Positions 46,489 through 48,045 of a DNA stretch of 48,045 nt are shown one piece after another. The first letter of the stretch is position 1. The number at the start of each line of letters is the position of its first letter. Made by a program: the position numbers and the translations under genes. The notes beneath the pieces were generated by a model. It saw only the letters and a list, made by a program, of their open reading frames with translations, did no database searches and was not told the origin of the DNA. The stretch is from an uncultured Clostridia bacterium (GTDB lineage: Bacteria > Bacillota > Clostridia > TANB77 > CAG-508): assembly GCA_944393275.1 (NCBI GenBank), contig CALXZQ010000001.1, positions 1-48,045 of the forward strand, in the 5' to 3' direction.

Positions 46489-48045
46489 ATGCAAGAAAAT
46501 AATGTAAACCTAAATGAAGAAGAATTAGAAATAAACCATTTAATGAAAATAAGAAGAGAAAAATTAGATGAATTACGAAAACAAAATAAAGATCCTTATG
46601 AAATAACCAAATATGATAGAACTCAAACAGCAGGAGAAATAAAAAGCAATTATGAAAAATATGAAGGAAAGGATGTATCTATAGCAGGGAGAATTATAGC
46701 AAAAAGAATAATGGGTAAAGCCTCTTTTTGTACTATACAAGATAGTGATGGAAGAATTCAAAGTTATGTAAGTATAAATGACTTAGGAGAAGAAGAATAT
46801 AAAGAATTTAAAACTTGGGATATAGGAGATATTATAGGAATAAAGGGATTTGTATTTAAAACAAAGACAGAAGAAATATCTGTTCATGCTAAAGAAGTGA
46901 TACTTCTTTCAAAATCTTTAAGACCATTACCAGAAAAATTCCATGGACTAAAAGATACAGACCTAAGATATAGACAAAGATATGTAGACTTAATAATGAA
47001 TCCAGAAGTTAAAGATACTTTCATTAAAAGAAGTCAAATAATAAATGAAATAAGAAGTATATTAAATGAAAAAGGATATTTAGAGGTTGAAACTCCTATA
47101 TTAAATACTATATCAGGTGGAGCTACAGCAAGACCATTTATAACTCACCATAATACATTAAATATAGATATGTATTTAAGAATAGCTACAGAATTAAATC
47201 TAAAAAGATTAATTGTAGGAGGATATGACAAAGTTTACGAAATTGGAAGAATATTTAGAAATGAAGGAATGGATATAAGACATAATCCTGAATTTACCTC
47301 AATTGAGTTTTATTCTGCATATCAGGATTTTAATGATATGATGGATTTGACAGAAGAAATTTTCCAAAGATGTGCTTTGAAAGTTTGTGGAAAAACTAAA
47401 ATCACATATCAAGGAACAGAAATAGAGCTAGGCGGAAAATGGAAAAAAATTAGTATGATAGACAGTATAAAAGAAGTTACAGGAGTAGACTTTAATGAAA
47501 TACAAACAGATGAAGAAGCAGTAGCTTTAGCTAAAGAAAGAAAAATTGAGATACCAACAGGAAAAGAAACAAGAGGAAATGTAATAAGCTTATTCTTTGA
47601 TGAATATGTTGAAGAAACACTTGTACAACCAACATTTATATATGAATATCCAATAGAAATCTCTCCTCTTGCTAAAAAATGTAAAAAAGATCCAAGATTA
47701 ACAGAAAGATTTGAAGTATTCATAGATGGTAGAGAATATGGAAATGCATTCTCAGAATTGAATGACCCTATAGACCAATATGAGAGATTTAAAGAAGAAA
47801 TCAGAGCGAGAGAAAATGGCGATGATGAAGCTGGAATGATGGATGAAGATTATGTAAATGCATTAGAGTATGGTCTTCCACCAACAGGAGGAGAAGGAAT
47901 AGGAATAGATAGATTAGTAATGTTACTTACAGACTCAGCATCAATAAGAGATGTATTATTGTTCCCAACAATGAAACCACTTGGAGTAACTGAAGTTACA
48001 AAGAGAGTGGAAAAAACAGCTGAAAATGATGTTGTAGAAGAAATA
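46489..48045 (+). CDS. lysS: lysine--tRNA ligase (class II), 3' end beyond the window
   Basis: Open frame of 519 codons to the window edge, not in the ORF track because it has no stop. OB-fold N-terminus, [40 protein letters not shown]. Confidence 0.93.
   Translation, partial: MQENNVNLNEEELEINHLMKIRREKLDELRKQNKDPYEITKYDRTQTAGEIKSNYEKYEGKDVSIAGRIIAKRIMGKASFCTIQDSDGRIQSYVSINDLGEEEYKEFKTWDIGDIIGIKGFVFKTKTEEISVHAKEVILLSKSLRPLPEKFHGLKDTDLRYRQRYVDLIMNPEVKDTFIKRSQIINEIRSILNEKGYLEVETPILNTISGGATARPFITHHNTLNIDMYLRIATELNLKRLIVGGYDKVYEIGRIFRNEGMDIRHNPEFTSIEFYSAYQDFNDMMDLTEEIFQRCALKVCGKTKITYQGTEIELGGKWKKISMIDSIKEVTGVDFNEIQTDEEAVALAKERKIEIPTGKETRGNVISLFFDEYVEETLVQPTFIYEYPIEISPLAKKCKKDPRLTERFEVFIDGREYGNAFSELNDPIDQYERFKEEIRARENGDDEAGMMDEDYVNALEYGLPPTGGEGIGIDRLVMLLTDSASIRDVLLFPTMKPLGVTEVTKRVEKTAENDVVEEI

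Overview
AT-rich chromosomal segment from a low-GC, probably endospore-forming Firmicute of Clostridia type (PolC, a T-box leader and an H-type SASP are present). I cannot name the genus. Most of the window is intact core housekeeping: alr-dut, dapF, murE, the pyrH-frr-polyprenyl synthase-uppS-cdsA-rseP-polC cluster, glyQS, split transketolase, ftsEX with two M23 peptidases, tlyA-recN and lysS (which runs off the 3' edge). RNA genes are two tRNA-Gly(UCC) paralogs (1-74 and 24054-24127) and one tRNA-Glu(CUC) (43760-43834, minus strand). I found no CRISPR array, IS element, prophage, integrase or recognisable defence operon, and I could not identify a clear multi-gene novel system. The features most worth follow-up are: (1) a glycine T-box whose first controlled gene is an unknown, frame-broken ORF ahead of glyQS, with a tRNA-Gly gene right behind it. 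(2) A decayed integration hotspot at that tRNA-Gly (24.1-30.5 kb), partitioned by three degenerate copies of the tRNA 3' end and holding accessory or pseudogenised content: a DUF3267/DUF3781 pair, a MazF-like pseudogene, an orphan promoter-repeat-terminator unit, a sigma/anti-sigma pair, and a twice-broken VWA gene just outside the last repeat. (3) Three dispersed single-gene cassettes of clearly higher G+C (about 35-52% on counted 60-nt lines, versus about 33% on a counted coding line and 15% on an intergenic line), each with its own RBS and GC-rich terminator. (4) A cluster of four DnaA boxes away from any dnaA gene. Long core ORFs are unbroken, so the frame breaks in accessory genes look like real decay rather than sequencing error, though this needs read-level confirmation.
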